From assembly GCA_048013815.1 (NCBI GenBank), contig CM106585.1, forward strand, positions 21,700,001 through 21,764,000: a DNA stretch of 64,000 nucleotides. Direction: 5' to 3'. Below are positions 20,369 through 32,770 of the stretch, in pieces (within the stretch, counting starts at the first letter, position 1; each line of letters starts with the position of its first letter). The notes beneath the pieces were generated by a model. It saw only the letters and a program-made list of their open reading frames with translations. It did not search any database and was not told where the DNA came from. A program made the position numbers and the translations under genes. Source of the stretch: Setoptus koraiensis (taxonomy: Eukaryota > Animalia > Arthropoda).

Positions 20369-23300
20369 TTACTGCCTCATTAAGCGCGACATTCGCCCAT
20401 TTAACCAAATTCTCATCTGTTGATTGTTAGCCAAAACGATAAGAGATCCCGCAACGGCACTAACTAGAAATGTTGCAATGCACAACGTTGCCATCTTGCC
20501 CACTGTAACATCGCCAGAAGTATTAACGGGCACTTCGTCTCCTATGAGCTGCTCGGCGCCCTCTGGTCCCCTATAAATATACTCTTTTAGGCCTGAGTGT
20601 CAGTTACAGAATTTATATAAATCAAGACAAAATAAGCAGAATTGATTTAACATAATTGTGCATTAATATAATTGAGTTGTAATCAAGACCGAGAAATGTA
20701 TCTATCTGTATAATCTATCTACACATTCAACATTACGACGATATTATTACATAAGAAAGTGTATTTGAATAACTGAATTAAAGCCCCTGGGCCACTAACG
20801 ATATTTAACGACGATCAACTGGTCGTTTTGTTCCCTTTTGACTTGTTCAAAGTACTTACTTGGTCTCAAGAAATATAAATGGCAATTGTCCGACGAGGCG
20901 AGCTTGTGTTTTGATTGAAACTTGGCGCTGCTCATCAGACACGATTGCATTGGACGTCGGCTTGCAGTGAAACAGAATCTAAATGATCGGCATTCGGGTT
21001 CCTCGAAGCATCTTTTTGAGCACTCGTCGACATTCATACCCTGAACGTAATTTACCTGCTCGACGTCGCCACCATAAGCACGATTCTCGTAAAGATCAAA
21101 ATCGATTAGATAAGAACGTAAATAACGATCACAGGTGAGCTGATCATTCGCTATTGATTCGGGCAATTGCATGACAGTATCGATTGTGGCAACTGACGAC
21201 GCTGTTGAACTTGTTGCTTCTTGTTCACTTGGCAGCATTGTTGTTGATGTTGTTGTGATTTGAGCGCTTGTCTCATTTAATCTGCTGCTGGCATCAACAA
21301 CATCCTGTCGCGACCCAATAATAAAGCACATCTTTTTCGAAGTCACAGGTGACTCGGGTGGCTTCAGATAACCGTTATATTTGGTGCTTTGGTCAGGTTT
21401 TTGGTAACAGTAATCAAATGAGCGACAAATGCTCAATTTTCTGTCTGTAGGTTGCTGCTGATTTGCCGTTCTCGATGACCAATGCATTATGCAATCAGAG
21501 GCACAATCCGATGGGCCATTTGCTACTTCGAAGCCAGTTAACGATTTTTGTGACATCTCAAAATTCATCATGCGAACATAATGCTCTCGCAGTGTATAAG
21601 TTGACGTCCTGATAAACTTATTTAGATAGTCCCTTTTCATTATGACGCAATTTGCATCTTTTATAGTTTGTTCGTTTTGAGCATCATTATCATTGTTTTG
21701 TGTCTTGTCATCGAATTTATTGTTCAGTTTGCTGCTTGTCGGTGACTGATTTATTTGTCCTTTCAGCGACACAATACACTGCCTGGTCAAAAAACAATAG
21801 CTGAACGAATCGCATTTTGGGCCCACGTCCACACAATATAATGAGCATTCATCATAGCTGACACTGGTTGACACTTGCTTAAATCCAAGCTCGCCCAAAT
21901 TCCAATATTTTCTGCCCCTGACAGTGAGCTGAAATGCAACACTTTGTGCCTCTTTCACCAGCGAACCCATTTCGTCGGACCATTCCGGTGCCAGTTGATC
22001 GTCTGAGTTGGCGCCCATTATGTCATCGAGCGGGTCATTTTCAATTTCGAATTTGGTTGGAATAAATTCCATGTAGACGACGCTCTTCAATTTTGTCAAC
22101 TCTATGGGCATGGCAAACGAGGTCAATGGCAAACTGTGTGTGTTTTGTCTGAAATAACTATTGATTGTCTTGCTCATTGTGTTGACATATTTAAAGTCCT
22201 TGTAAGAGTTGGCCTCTGTTTTGCCGTCGGTGGTATCATCGAATTCCGATTGGGCCTGCTGCAACAAATGCAATATTAATTTCTCATCGTAAACATCATG
22301 CTGCAAGGTGGATAAAAAATATTGCAACGACGCAGTCTTGTGTTTGCTCCACAATTTCTCTCTTTCCTCATCCAGCATAAACAACGTACAATCGTCGTTA
22401 TCCTCTATAGAGACATTATCCATTTGTTTGCCCGTGGGCTGTTGTTGTTGGTTGTGCACCAAATAACAAGAGTGATCGGTGTTACAAAAACTAAACAGTC
22501 TACATTTGGTCATTTTGCACAATTGAACGCAATGATCCATATCGCGCGCCACTTGTCTACTTTCAAACTGGTAATACGTCGCCTGATCCCTGTCGAATCG
22601 CAGCACTTTGTTGTCCATCCTCTGAAATTGAACCAAATACGAGGGTCCGTCCAGTATCAACGCTCTAACAATTAACTCTAGTTGCAGCGAGTCAATTGTC
22701 ACCTCTACCTTGGCCATTTGCAGTGGGCCCAATTTGGCCAATTGGTGACTGCGCACAAATTTTGTAAAACTTTCACGAATATCCGCCTGTCGGTCGCTGA
22801 TAAGATTGGCCAATCTGGCAGTCAGTGGATAAGTTAAACGGATCCAGGCAAAATTGTGATGCTCTTGGGTGAAACAGGGTGTCACATCGAACAACTGACG
22901 CTTCACGTCCTCCGATTTCAGCTTGCTGTAATCCAATTGGAACACGATTTTTGTCAAAAGTTTGCTCCTGTCCTTGTTGTAGACAAACATTGATACCTGC
23001 TCTATTCCGTACATCATGTCATCTTGATCTTTTTCACTATTTTTAACGCTATCCTCGCGCTTCTTGAAGAACGAGTATTTACCTGATACATCTACGTTGT
23101 ATTGGCGCACAATTGACACTTGATAATCCAATGAATTCATTTCTTTCTGTTGTTTCTGTTGCCAGCCATCGTTGATGAAGGTGACTTTCGTAGGCAAATA
23201 GTGCAGCGTCTTTTCCACATAATAAACAAGTTGCATTCTCTTTTTGTCTTTGTTCGCCCGATGAGTGGTCACTGTCAAGTGATAGTCATCCTTGGACACA

Positions 23301-24580
23301 AACAGTAGATGCAACAAATTTTCATCCAACTCCAATGTGACATAATTCTTGAATTCTAACACAACGGAATTGTCGTCCAACTCGGAAAAGCTCTCTTGTT
23401 TGCACACATCACTTGTATAGTCAATGGTATATTTGACACCGGAAGCTCGATCCCAAATTATTCTCGTTTGACTCTCTTTATGTATATCAAAACCACTTAT
23501 GCGCATCATTTGCAATTGTTGACCGCCCATCTTCATCACCTCAGGCGATTGGTCTTGCTTGCTTGCAGCCGGCACCGGGGCACCAGCTCGTGCTAGTTGC
23601 AAAGACAGCGTCGACGATGTTGTAATATCCACTCTCTGCAGAGATTTGGAAAGATTTCCTGTCTGGGGCACACTGGCGCTCACCTCAATATCCAGAACGA
23701 AATTTCCCTTCAATTTGTTGTCTTTATTCACATCATGCTGAATGTCACTTATCTGCCACACAGCCTGTTTTCTTTGACATCCGAAGCCCAGCGGTAAATT
23801 GAACACTCTAAAATCAAACAATTGAGACACCTCGAGCACATTTATTGTGATGGAATTGCCTTTCGGCAATTGTTTCGACTCCAAAATAATTGAGCGCAAT
23901 TGCAACTCGCTGCTGTAGTTTGGATTGTCATCTACCTCGAAATAAAACATCACCTTATAATCGGTGACAATATCGTCAAAAGTCCAACGCATGCTCCTCT
24001 TAAATCCCTGCTCTCTAACGTCTTCGACATAAGTCATTTGTCGGACACTCTGGACACCTCTTGCTTTTTCCCACAAGGCCGATACACCGAACCATCTCAT
24101 GCGCAGCGGCAACTCTGTCGCTCGAGAAATCATCGATTGTTCGTGCCATAATTGCGGATAAAAATTGGCTGCTCTCAAATTGTTCCATTCGCATTCGTAG
24201 GGGCGATATTTGTAGATCCGTTGATCGTTCTCAGCTTCGATGTAATAACTTGTTTTGCCTTTTAACATGGAACTAATTGTAAAATGCTGTTCACCACTTT
24301 CCAAGCTAACAAACTCATTGAGAAACACTCTCTCGCTTGTTTTGTGATGCTCAGTATCATCCTGATCGAGTGTGTCTAAATAAGACGATGAAAATATTAT
24401 CTCAGACATTACATGTGCTTGTTTCATGAAACCTGCTATATCGTCAAATGAGGGCATCGGTATATCTTTTGGGGGCTCAACCTGAGCTCCATTGATTCCA
24501 TTGTCTCCCGAATATATTAACAATATTAGCCAAACATTTGAGATAATTAGACAATTGACAATGTATCCCGAAGCGGTCAT
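20369..24580 (-). CDS. Large type I membrane glycoprotein with four PAN/apple modules; exons 24580-20860 and 20592-20369; ~1314 aa
   Basis: Signal peptide MTASGYIVNCLIISNVWLILLIYSG and four C-x3-C-x(n)-C-x-x-F-x-(Y/F)C modules (CVQLC..CRLFSFC, CSLYC..CDSFSYC, CASDC..CRSFDYC, CSKRC..CRSFRFC). A phase-1 intron 20859-20593 (A|GTAAGT...CAG) adds a terminal exon with TM segment MATLCIATFLVSAVAGSLIVLA and a short basic tail. Confidence 0.85.
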
Positions 24581-25418
24581 TTTAAGATGATTAATAGTGA
24601 ATAACTCACTTCTTTCTCTTATTTGCAGTGACACAGATAGATAAAATGTGACAACAATGTTTATCATGACCGATTTTTTTTTCTATTGAAACATTTCGGA
24701 CAACGTTGCTTTTGATTCCTATCAATGATGTCAATGCACTTTGCAGGAGACCTCGATTTCGCTCAACATGTTGGTCTCGATTAATGAAAGCCTTCGTTAC
24801 TTGACTAACATTCTCGCTATCGAGCTGACAATATTTATGGAATCTCATCTGAGCTCTCAAATACATCCAGCAAGTGCTCATAAAAACACCGTCAATCTAG
24901 TCAAACAATGATTAGGCGACAACAACCAATAAGTAGATGATAGATTACGTTGCTTCATTCTATTTCTAAATAAATCTTATTAGTAAAAATGTTAACTAGC
25001 AGTCAGGTTAAGCTTATTGTCACACCACCAATGTGGTCAGTTGGTAAAATGACCTTCGAAATGTGTTTGTTGGCGACAAGCTGTCCAGATTACTCATCTC
25101 TTATATTATTAAATTAATTTTTAGCATTATTTCAGGAACCATAATTATGATACAATGACGACGATGATGAGAAAATGATGAGAAACCATTTAATTCAATA
25201 CGATTTTTTGTATCTGAATGAAACCAATAATAGAGGTAGATAGAGTTGATACCTGTTGACAGTACAACAAAAGGATATTGTATACAAGCTAGCAACCGAT
25301 CGAGAGAAAATACTTTGTCTTGAATTGATTGTTATTATTTTCAAGAATGTCAACTTCAACTACTGTTTATAGGCGAATATAATCCTTGTTTCATTTTACT
25401 TGTGCATTTATCTGATGA

Positions 25419-25930
25419 TTATGCCCAGACGGCGCTTATTTCTACCGGTGGCCTATGGAATCGAGTAACAAGCTCGGGCAGGTCATCAAAATCACGTGGT
25501 CTGTGTAAGTTACTATTATTTTCGGGCGTCATGAGTTTTTCGGAATTCGGTTTGTCCGGGTTCCAATGTTGATTTCCAGTGATCATTGTGGTATCCTTGG
25601 TCAGAGCGAAGCTATCACGGATACGGCCACTTTCCAATGCCAATTTGAATTGAAAAATTTCCTCAAATATATGATCCTTAATCATTGAATCATCGTAACT
25701 ATAGCAATCTATTTGCGCCAATAAACTAATCACAGCGGTCAATAAAGCGACTGTAACAATAGCAGTCAAGTATTGTCATATTATTGATTAGTATGGTTGA
25801 TTCAAATATCAGAACATAGAAAAAATCTTTTGTTAGAATGCATGCCAATTTATGAGTTTCAAGATGGAAATCTATCGCGAATATTATATCTTTACTTACA
25901 GCAAAAGCTTTTATCAAGCCTATTAAACAT
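25419..25930 (-). CDS. Orphan 120-aa putative secreted protein; exons 25930-25900 and 25750-25419
   Basis: ATG TTT AAT...TGC T|GTAAGT, a 149-nt intron and TTACAG|TC GCT TTA give MFNRLDKSFCFALLTAVISLLAQIDC-YSYDD..., a clean signal peptide. No family recognised. Confidence 0.65.
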
Positions 25931-27046
25931 GGTGCCAAAGTTGTGTGATACCAACGCCGGACGATAAACCAGACCCCTGATGCAATTATACGAATATCAA
26001 CAGCTCCGGCTCATTCATTTATTGTAATAATAAATGAAGAATACTAATTAAATAGAATCCACAATCAAAAACACATTTTATTCCATTCCCGTGTAATTAA
26101 TAATGATAACATTTTTATCAATATCATATTTCAGATTGCTATTTGCACACAAGATGCAAACAAGCTTATAAGAAAATTTTATTAGAAGATAAATCTTGGG
26201 CTTCAAATTTGCTGCTGTGAGTAATTCAATCGTTGCCAGTTGCCTTTGATGAGAGTATGTCGAAGAACATTGCCTAGTTTTCTCGTTCAAAGTTGAGAAG
26301 GAAACACCACTTTTCATAGCTTTATCTGTCGAACTCGATAAACGAGCCAGTTGATGTATCAAAGAAACACACTACAACTGTATAACAACACTTCCTGATA
26401 ATGTGATAGAGAATCAGCAACGGATATGGACACTACAGTTGATCAATATAGTGACAATCTCAATCCGAAATTGATCGATCTAAGTTACATGTTGAATTTT
26501 ATATTGATAGACGATTAAATACAATCATGATGTCGAGCTACATCGATGATAAGACCATGGACAGTTGAGCTCTGGGTGTGTTTGGGGATAATAGGAACTA
26601 ATTAAGTTCTACAACGATGTTCGCATGAAAATGTTTCAGCTTAGCTTCACTCGTAATCTTGATATGGGTGAGCCACCAATCAAACATGTTAGGCGAGCGA
26701 TATAAGAGGTTCCCGAGGACGCAAACCTTCAGATTAATTCAAGCAATTTGCTTTGCCTTCTCCAGCAGGACAGCATGGCGATCATATTGGAAGGCGAATT
26801 CTCATATAGTTGTTTTTTGTCTCTAGCCTCGGACATTTTGCCTGAGTTCCAAGCTAGAGTTTGTGAAAGACGTTGGATTGACCCCTAGATAGTTGTAAAT
26901 ATGATGAAATGAAGAAAAACGGTGTGTCTTGCTCGTCTACTTGCTCCAAACATTATATAAACGGATGAGGTTTGTGAAGGCGAGCATGATGATGCATACA
27001 GCCGATAATATGAAACATCTTGATAGGAAAACTTAAACGAGAACAT

Positions 27047-27925
27047 CTATTTATTGGTAACTCTTTCGCCGAATATCATTGTTCCCACTCGGATGTTGGT
27101 ACTGCCAAGCTCGACCTAGATAGAGGTAGTTTTAGATGAGATTATTAGTGGCAATATGAGTTATGGCGATGAGAGGTCTCTGAATAGTCTGATGTATTTG
27201 CATATTGTACTTACCGCCTCTTCATAGGCGTCAGACATTCCCATACTGAGTTCCAAATATTGCGGCTCTATTTCAAGATGCTTACAGAGTGTCTCTCGAC
27301 ATTCGAATAATGTCACAAAGTCCTTGTTAGGTCCATCGTCGGGCCAGCCGCCAAACTTTCCAATTGTCATTAGACCGCTCAATTCTAAGGCCTGACATTC
27401 GTTGGTGATAAACTCGCCCAATGATATAACCTCGTCAGGGGAAATTCCTGATTTTGCCTCCTCGCCGGAGGTGTTCACTTGAATCATTACCTTGAGTCTT
27501 TTTTTATCTGGTTCCCTGTCAGTGTCACCACTAGTGTTGCTATTTGGTTCTTGTTGTTTCTCATAGGCCTGATTGACAAGTTGAGCGAGAGCCTTAGAGT
27601 CGACTGTTTCTAATATATACAGGTTGGGCACTTTTAATAATTTGTTGACTTTATTCTTTTGCAGATGCCCTATGAAGTGCCATCTAATATCCTGGCATTT
27701 CTTCTCATAATCTATGGCAGTTGCTTTGTCAAATAGTTCATTGATGTAATTCTCTCCAAAGTGTCTCTGTCCATATTCATAGGCCTCAAGTATTTTTGTT
27801 AGGGGCTGATATTTGGACACGGCCACCAATCTGGGCTTATGTGGGCTCTTGAGGGCAACCATGGGCGCTCTCCTTTGCACGGCCTGATAGATGCGTTCAT
27901 TGATGAGCTCGAGGGATTTTTTCAT
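27047..27925 (-). CDS. PLPBP: Pyridoxal phosphate homeostasis protein (PLPBP/PROSC/YggS); exons 27925-27215 and 27115-27047; 259 aa
   Basis: PRLVAVSK (PLP lysine), FGENY, WHFIGHLQKNK, VQVNTSGE-type motif, GLMTIG and LSMGMS. A 99-nt intron supplies the last exon VELGSTNIRVGTMIFGER. Confidence 0.95.
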
Positions 27926-28829
27926 CTTGAGTAGCAGTGTGTGTATTCGGCTTACAGATTGAATTTCATGATACTGTTAGGATGAATCAAATGGATAATT
28001 CAATTCTGGCCGGATTACAAAATGGCTGGTTCGCTTGGCTGTAAAATATAAAGTGTAGAGAAGAAAGAAAAAACAAAAACAAAAGAAAAACAAACAGCTC
28101 TAAATCTGACAGGAGTCAGCTGTTCGCTCGTTTTGCCATATGAAATATTGGCGGCGCTCGAATCGCTCTGACAATCAATCAGGCCTCATCGCCTGTCACT
28201 TGTGTATCAGTTTGAATTCATCTAGAATTGACAGGGGCAATAATGCAATAGTTTGTACGTCAATTGCCTTTAGAGTGTGGACAATTTGTTGCTCATTATA
28301 GCGGTCAGAATGGTCGTTTGAGATTGACATTTGGCCCAGCTAGCCAGCGGCAAATGTCAAGTGAATCAATAATAACAAGTTTGACACACAGTTATTGTTT
28401 GTATAGAGTGCAATTGTATTTATTCAAATCAACTGACCAGCTGGCATCATCAGCTTTGTTGTAGCTTGCTGGTTGTGGTCATCTTACAAGTGGTCGGCCC
28501 ATTGATGAGCAACAAACGTATGGGTGACACAGGGTAGAAGTGGAGGCAAATTATTCTAATTATTTATATTATGCATTCAATTGTGTGTTTGTGTGTGAAT
28601 ATGAACAGGATGATCTGACAGCAGCAGCAGTTTGGTTGAACTGGGTGCTAGTGTTGCGATGCAAATGTCAGCTCGCTATCTGCCATAGGTGACCTTGTGT
28701 GCGATACCCGTTGCCATTGGACAGTTGAAAGTTGACAGTTGCCAGTTGACAGTTGACAGCACAAATGACAAATGACACAAGATGATACGACACACGCACA
28801 GCAGTAGTGACGTAATAGGTCATAGGTAA

Positions 28830-29812
28830 TCACTGTTTTGCGCTGTTTGGATCGTGCATCTTGGCTAAAAACCAGAAGCCTTGCGCAAGACAAATTGTGC
28901 CCAATAGATCGGCGCAAGCCATCAACAGTGTTATGCCATAGGTGTCAGGATCTAGATTTTTGCTCATAAGTAGTGTCATGAGTGGCTCACAAATGATCAA
29001 TAAAATACCAACTTGTACGAGACAAATTAGCACGTAAGTGACATAAAACGGGACAGTCAAATGGATGGCGTCGTGGAAATGGGCCAATTGTTGTTGTTGT
29101 TGCTGATGCTGCTGAATGTGATATATGACAACAAAATATATACTCTGCGCCAAAATCATCATAACGAGCAGCATTTTGGCCGCCTTGGCATTGGGACTGG
29201 GGCCCAGAAAGGACCAAAACACTGCGCGATATATTGCCTTGAAAAAGTTGACCAACTTGCGCCAACTATTTAAAAGTGACAGCAAGCTTAATAGTTTTTT
29301 CTTGCCACCGTCTGACCATGAGCTGTTATCACTGTTGTTGTCGTTGTTATCTTTTGCGAAATTGTTTTGCCTCGCCGACCACCATAATGATGAAGATCTA
29401 TCCAGACAAGCATGAGCGCCAGACAGGCCTCGGATAATCTTTGTCGCTTGACCCTCGTAACTGTGGCCGTGGTGGTTGTTGTTGGCGCTGACAACGTTTG
29501 CTTTTGCCGGCCCATCAACGGCAACAACATTTGAGCTGCTGCTGTCGTGCTGGTCGTGCTGGTGGTGGTGGTCGTCGTCGTCTCGAGCCGCTGGCACAAC
29601 AAAACTGCTGCTAATGCTGTTAAAAGGCGTCCTGTCGAGACCATGCCTCGCCGGGGGCCTCTCGCGGCCTCGTGCACTGTCCAAATGTTCATCGCCAGTT
29701 GTTCCTTGATGCATGTAAGGGTTCGTCTTGCCAAGATATTTCACTCTAATGGATCCTGTGCTGTGCAAATGTTTTGCGTTTAGACTAGACAATTTTCTGA
29801 TGTTGCTGGCGC

Positions 29813-29846
<34 letters not shown>

Positions 29847-32770
29847 GTCGTTGTTGTTGGCGCTGCTGCTGTTGTTGCAATTTGAGGCCCCCGTTGACAC
29901 TGCATGGTTGGTTGTTTCATTCAATTGCAATTTGTTTAATGTCGAACACCACAGCCATGTGGAAACTCTGCTCGCTTGAACGGCAATCAGATTTGCTCCG
30001 AATCCGTTTACAACCGGATGATAAAGTGATATTCGCGTATACAAATGATAGACCTGCGAAAATATGTAGCCTATTGCCGTTACGTGTGCGTGTCGCATGC
30101 ACCAAAAAGGCACGGGGTAGAATAGAATGAGACATGGGTATAAAAATAAACAAGATAATGGACGGATAATCTTGTTAGACGAGACGATCTTGTTATTATT
30201 GCGTCATATCTGCCGAGGCAGCCTGCTGTTGCCGATATTTGGCTGGGTGTGTGTGAGTGTATGTGGGGAGGGGGCTGTTGAAATTGGTTGACGAGACGAG
30301 ATGATACAAGCGCCGTTGATGCGGCCGGCCCCCGTTCAAATGTCGTAACGCCATTACCAGCCAATTGATATTCATGATATTCATATTATCGCTTGCATTG
30401 GCTGCTCTAATGATGCCGCCCCGCGCTATTTATGCATTCATGATACTGAGCCACTGAGTATCGGCGCCAAGCCGGCCCATCTCACGCTCGCACGATCTTG
30501 CCATTTTGGCTCAAACCTCAAACTCTATCGACTGTCACCGTCCAAATGTATCATGGCTTTTTGCGTCGTCATTATTGCATAGTAGATTACACCGATAGCC
30601 AGATTGTACTTATACCCTGTAGAGTAGTTTGGGTAGTAGTTTAGGTAGGCCACTCACCTGATATAAGGGACACGAAAATGCCCAACGTGATGGGTATGAT
30701 AGAGGTGAGCGCTATGGCTCGGGTTTCGTCTAGACGGCAAGCGCACACAGTCACTAGTGGCCACATAATTAGCGAGCCGCAAATGATTATCGTCAACACT
30801 AATGAGCTGGCGCTGTTGTCGTAGGCGTAGTTTGCGTACTCGTAGTTGCTGTCATCCAATGTGAACAAAACAAATATATAATTTGACACACAAGCATAGA
30901 TATAAACGGCACTGACGTCGCCATACAGCGCGGATATAAGCGTTGACAAATTGTCAGGATTTACTCTGAGCAATTTGGCCGTTATAACTGCCAGAATCAT
31001 CAATACACTGGATATTGTCACGAGAAACAATGCGCTCACTTGTGCCGAAGCCAACAATATGAGCACATTATCCCCGTTCATGGGCGATATAAACAAAAAC
31101 TCTATTGTGAGAGCCAATAAGCCGCTTATGAAACTTAGCGATATTGCCTGAGACCAAGCGAGCAACAAATTGGCCATGTAGGCGCGCATCATTTGCATAT
31201 TATTGTCCAGCATTCCTAAATTGGCCAACGACGACTTACCAATCAGACCAATCAGTGGTCAGCGTCGCGTGCCAGCAAAAACAATCAGACAGACAGGTGA
31301 ACAGCGAGCAATGGTTAATTTATAATTAATATATGAGCGATTAATATATGAGCGATTAATATATGAGCGATTAATATATGAGTGGGAGTTAGTGAGCTGG
31401 TCAGACGAGACGAGAGGAGCAAATTGAATTAGAGTGATTAGAGCAAAGCAAACACAATTGCGTGGTTGTGGTCTTACCAAGCGTGAGGCCATTGTCATTT
31501 CGATGTTGCCCTTAAATCCGACAAACGAGCTCAACAGGATGACAAATGCGGGTATTCTCTGGAACACTGGCCAGGTAACTATTTGTTTCACAACAAAGCC
31601 GGCGCCCAAATTTCCGAAACCGGCCAATATAAAGGGCAGACAAACTTGCAACAAAATGATTAATTTTGTCTCATGTAGCGGATCATTTATTTTTTGCTCG
31701 TTGTTGTTGCTCGTGTCTTGCCGCTGTTGTTTGTTGTCGCCAATTGTGGCCGCAAATTGAAGCTTGCCAGCTGCCTGCTTATTGCTGCTGGTGCAAGCGA
31801 TATTATCAATCAGCAGCAACTTCCTGTTGCCAAACAGGGGCAATCTCAATTTCGGGTTAATGCTGCTGTTGACAGCAGCATTGTTTGCCGGCCGCTGATG
31901 ATGTTGTTGTTGTCGTTGTTTGTGGCGCTCATCTTGCTCAAACGAACCCGAACCCAAATCCATGTCCAATGGAGTGTAGTTGCCATAGAGATTTCTCGCC
32001 AGCAGCGAGGTCTCGCTCTTTGACATCAGCTGGCTCATTTGGCCACCGGCTCTCGTCACTTGCAACGTGTCCGATTCGAACGAGCTCAGATCCACGGAGG
32101 CCAGCGTCAGCGCTGAGCTCAATCTGCTCGAAGCGATCGCCTTTGAGGGATATCTCGCCAGCGGCTTCACGTGGCGAGCGCTATATTTCGCGTTATTTGT
32201 CTTGTGCAACTTGCCGCTATCACTGTTGTTGTTGTTGTTGCCGTTGCTGCCGTTGTTGTTGCCGTTGTTGTTGCTGCTGTTGTTGGCGTTGACGTTGGCG
32301 GCCGATAAGTACTCTGGCAACGTCAGTGTCGCGCCTCTCACCTTCTTATCCTGCTGTTCGTGCGCGGAATTGCGCCCATTATCTAGGCCGTAATCGTTTC
32401 CGTTGCAAGGCGAAAATTCAATGCCAAAACTATAGTCGCTCATAGCCGAGCTCATAGAGCACAGATCCTGGCTAAATCGTGGCGTTGCCGTGTCGCCAAA
32501 AATTAAGTTCTTTACACTTTGACGGTGATTGCCATCTTGACTCAGCTCGTGACTCTCGTTGATTGGCCTTAATGACAATAGTTTCACTTTGTTGTTGGTG
32601 GCCAAAATGGTGTGACTGCCCTTGTGAGCATAAATGGTTCTCCTCTTTTGCCCGAAAATATCCGAATCAGAACATGAGCTTTCGGTCCCATTACTAGTGC
32701 TGCTTCTATTATCTGGCAACGAATCAGATAAACTCGAACGAACACTGTTGCAAGAATTCGATTGACCCAT
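28830..32770 (-). CDS. SLC41A: SLC41 family (MgtE-like) divalent cation transporter, divergent; exons 32770-31478, 31234-30658, 30070-28830; ~1036 aa
   Basis: Family motifs LQVCLPFILAGFG, KGNIEMTMASRLSS, VNPDN...GD, PVVNGFGANLIAVQASRVST and LDPD...ADLLGT. Splice phases are consistent (0, then 1). The first acceptor (AAG) is weak. Confidence 0.88.
31325..31382. repeat. 15-bp tandem repeat (ATTAATATATGAGCG) x3.9 inside SLC41 intron 1
   Basis: Three exact units plus a partial unit. Confidence 0.95.

Noticed and set aside
26625-27010. Protein-like plus-strand frame interrupted by about four stops (possible pseudogene)
   Set aside because: No recognisable homology, and the stop density is not clearly below random for this composition.
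28987-32393. Numerous ORFs overlapping SLC41 on the other strand or in other frames
   Set aside because: Shadow ORFs of a GC-richer, triplet-repeat-containing coding region.
7050-32770. A functional cofactor/lipid-metabolism gene cluster (HLCS, ACAT1, lipase, PLPBP, SLC41, LAMTOR2)
   Set aside because: Mixed orientations and unrelated pathways, with RECQL5 interspersed; expected by chance in a gene-dense genome.
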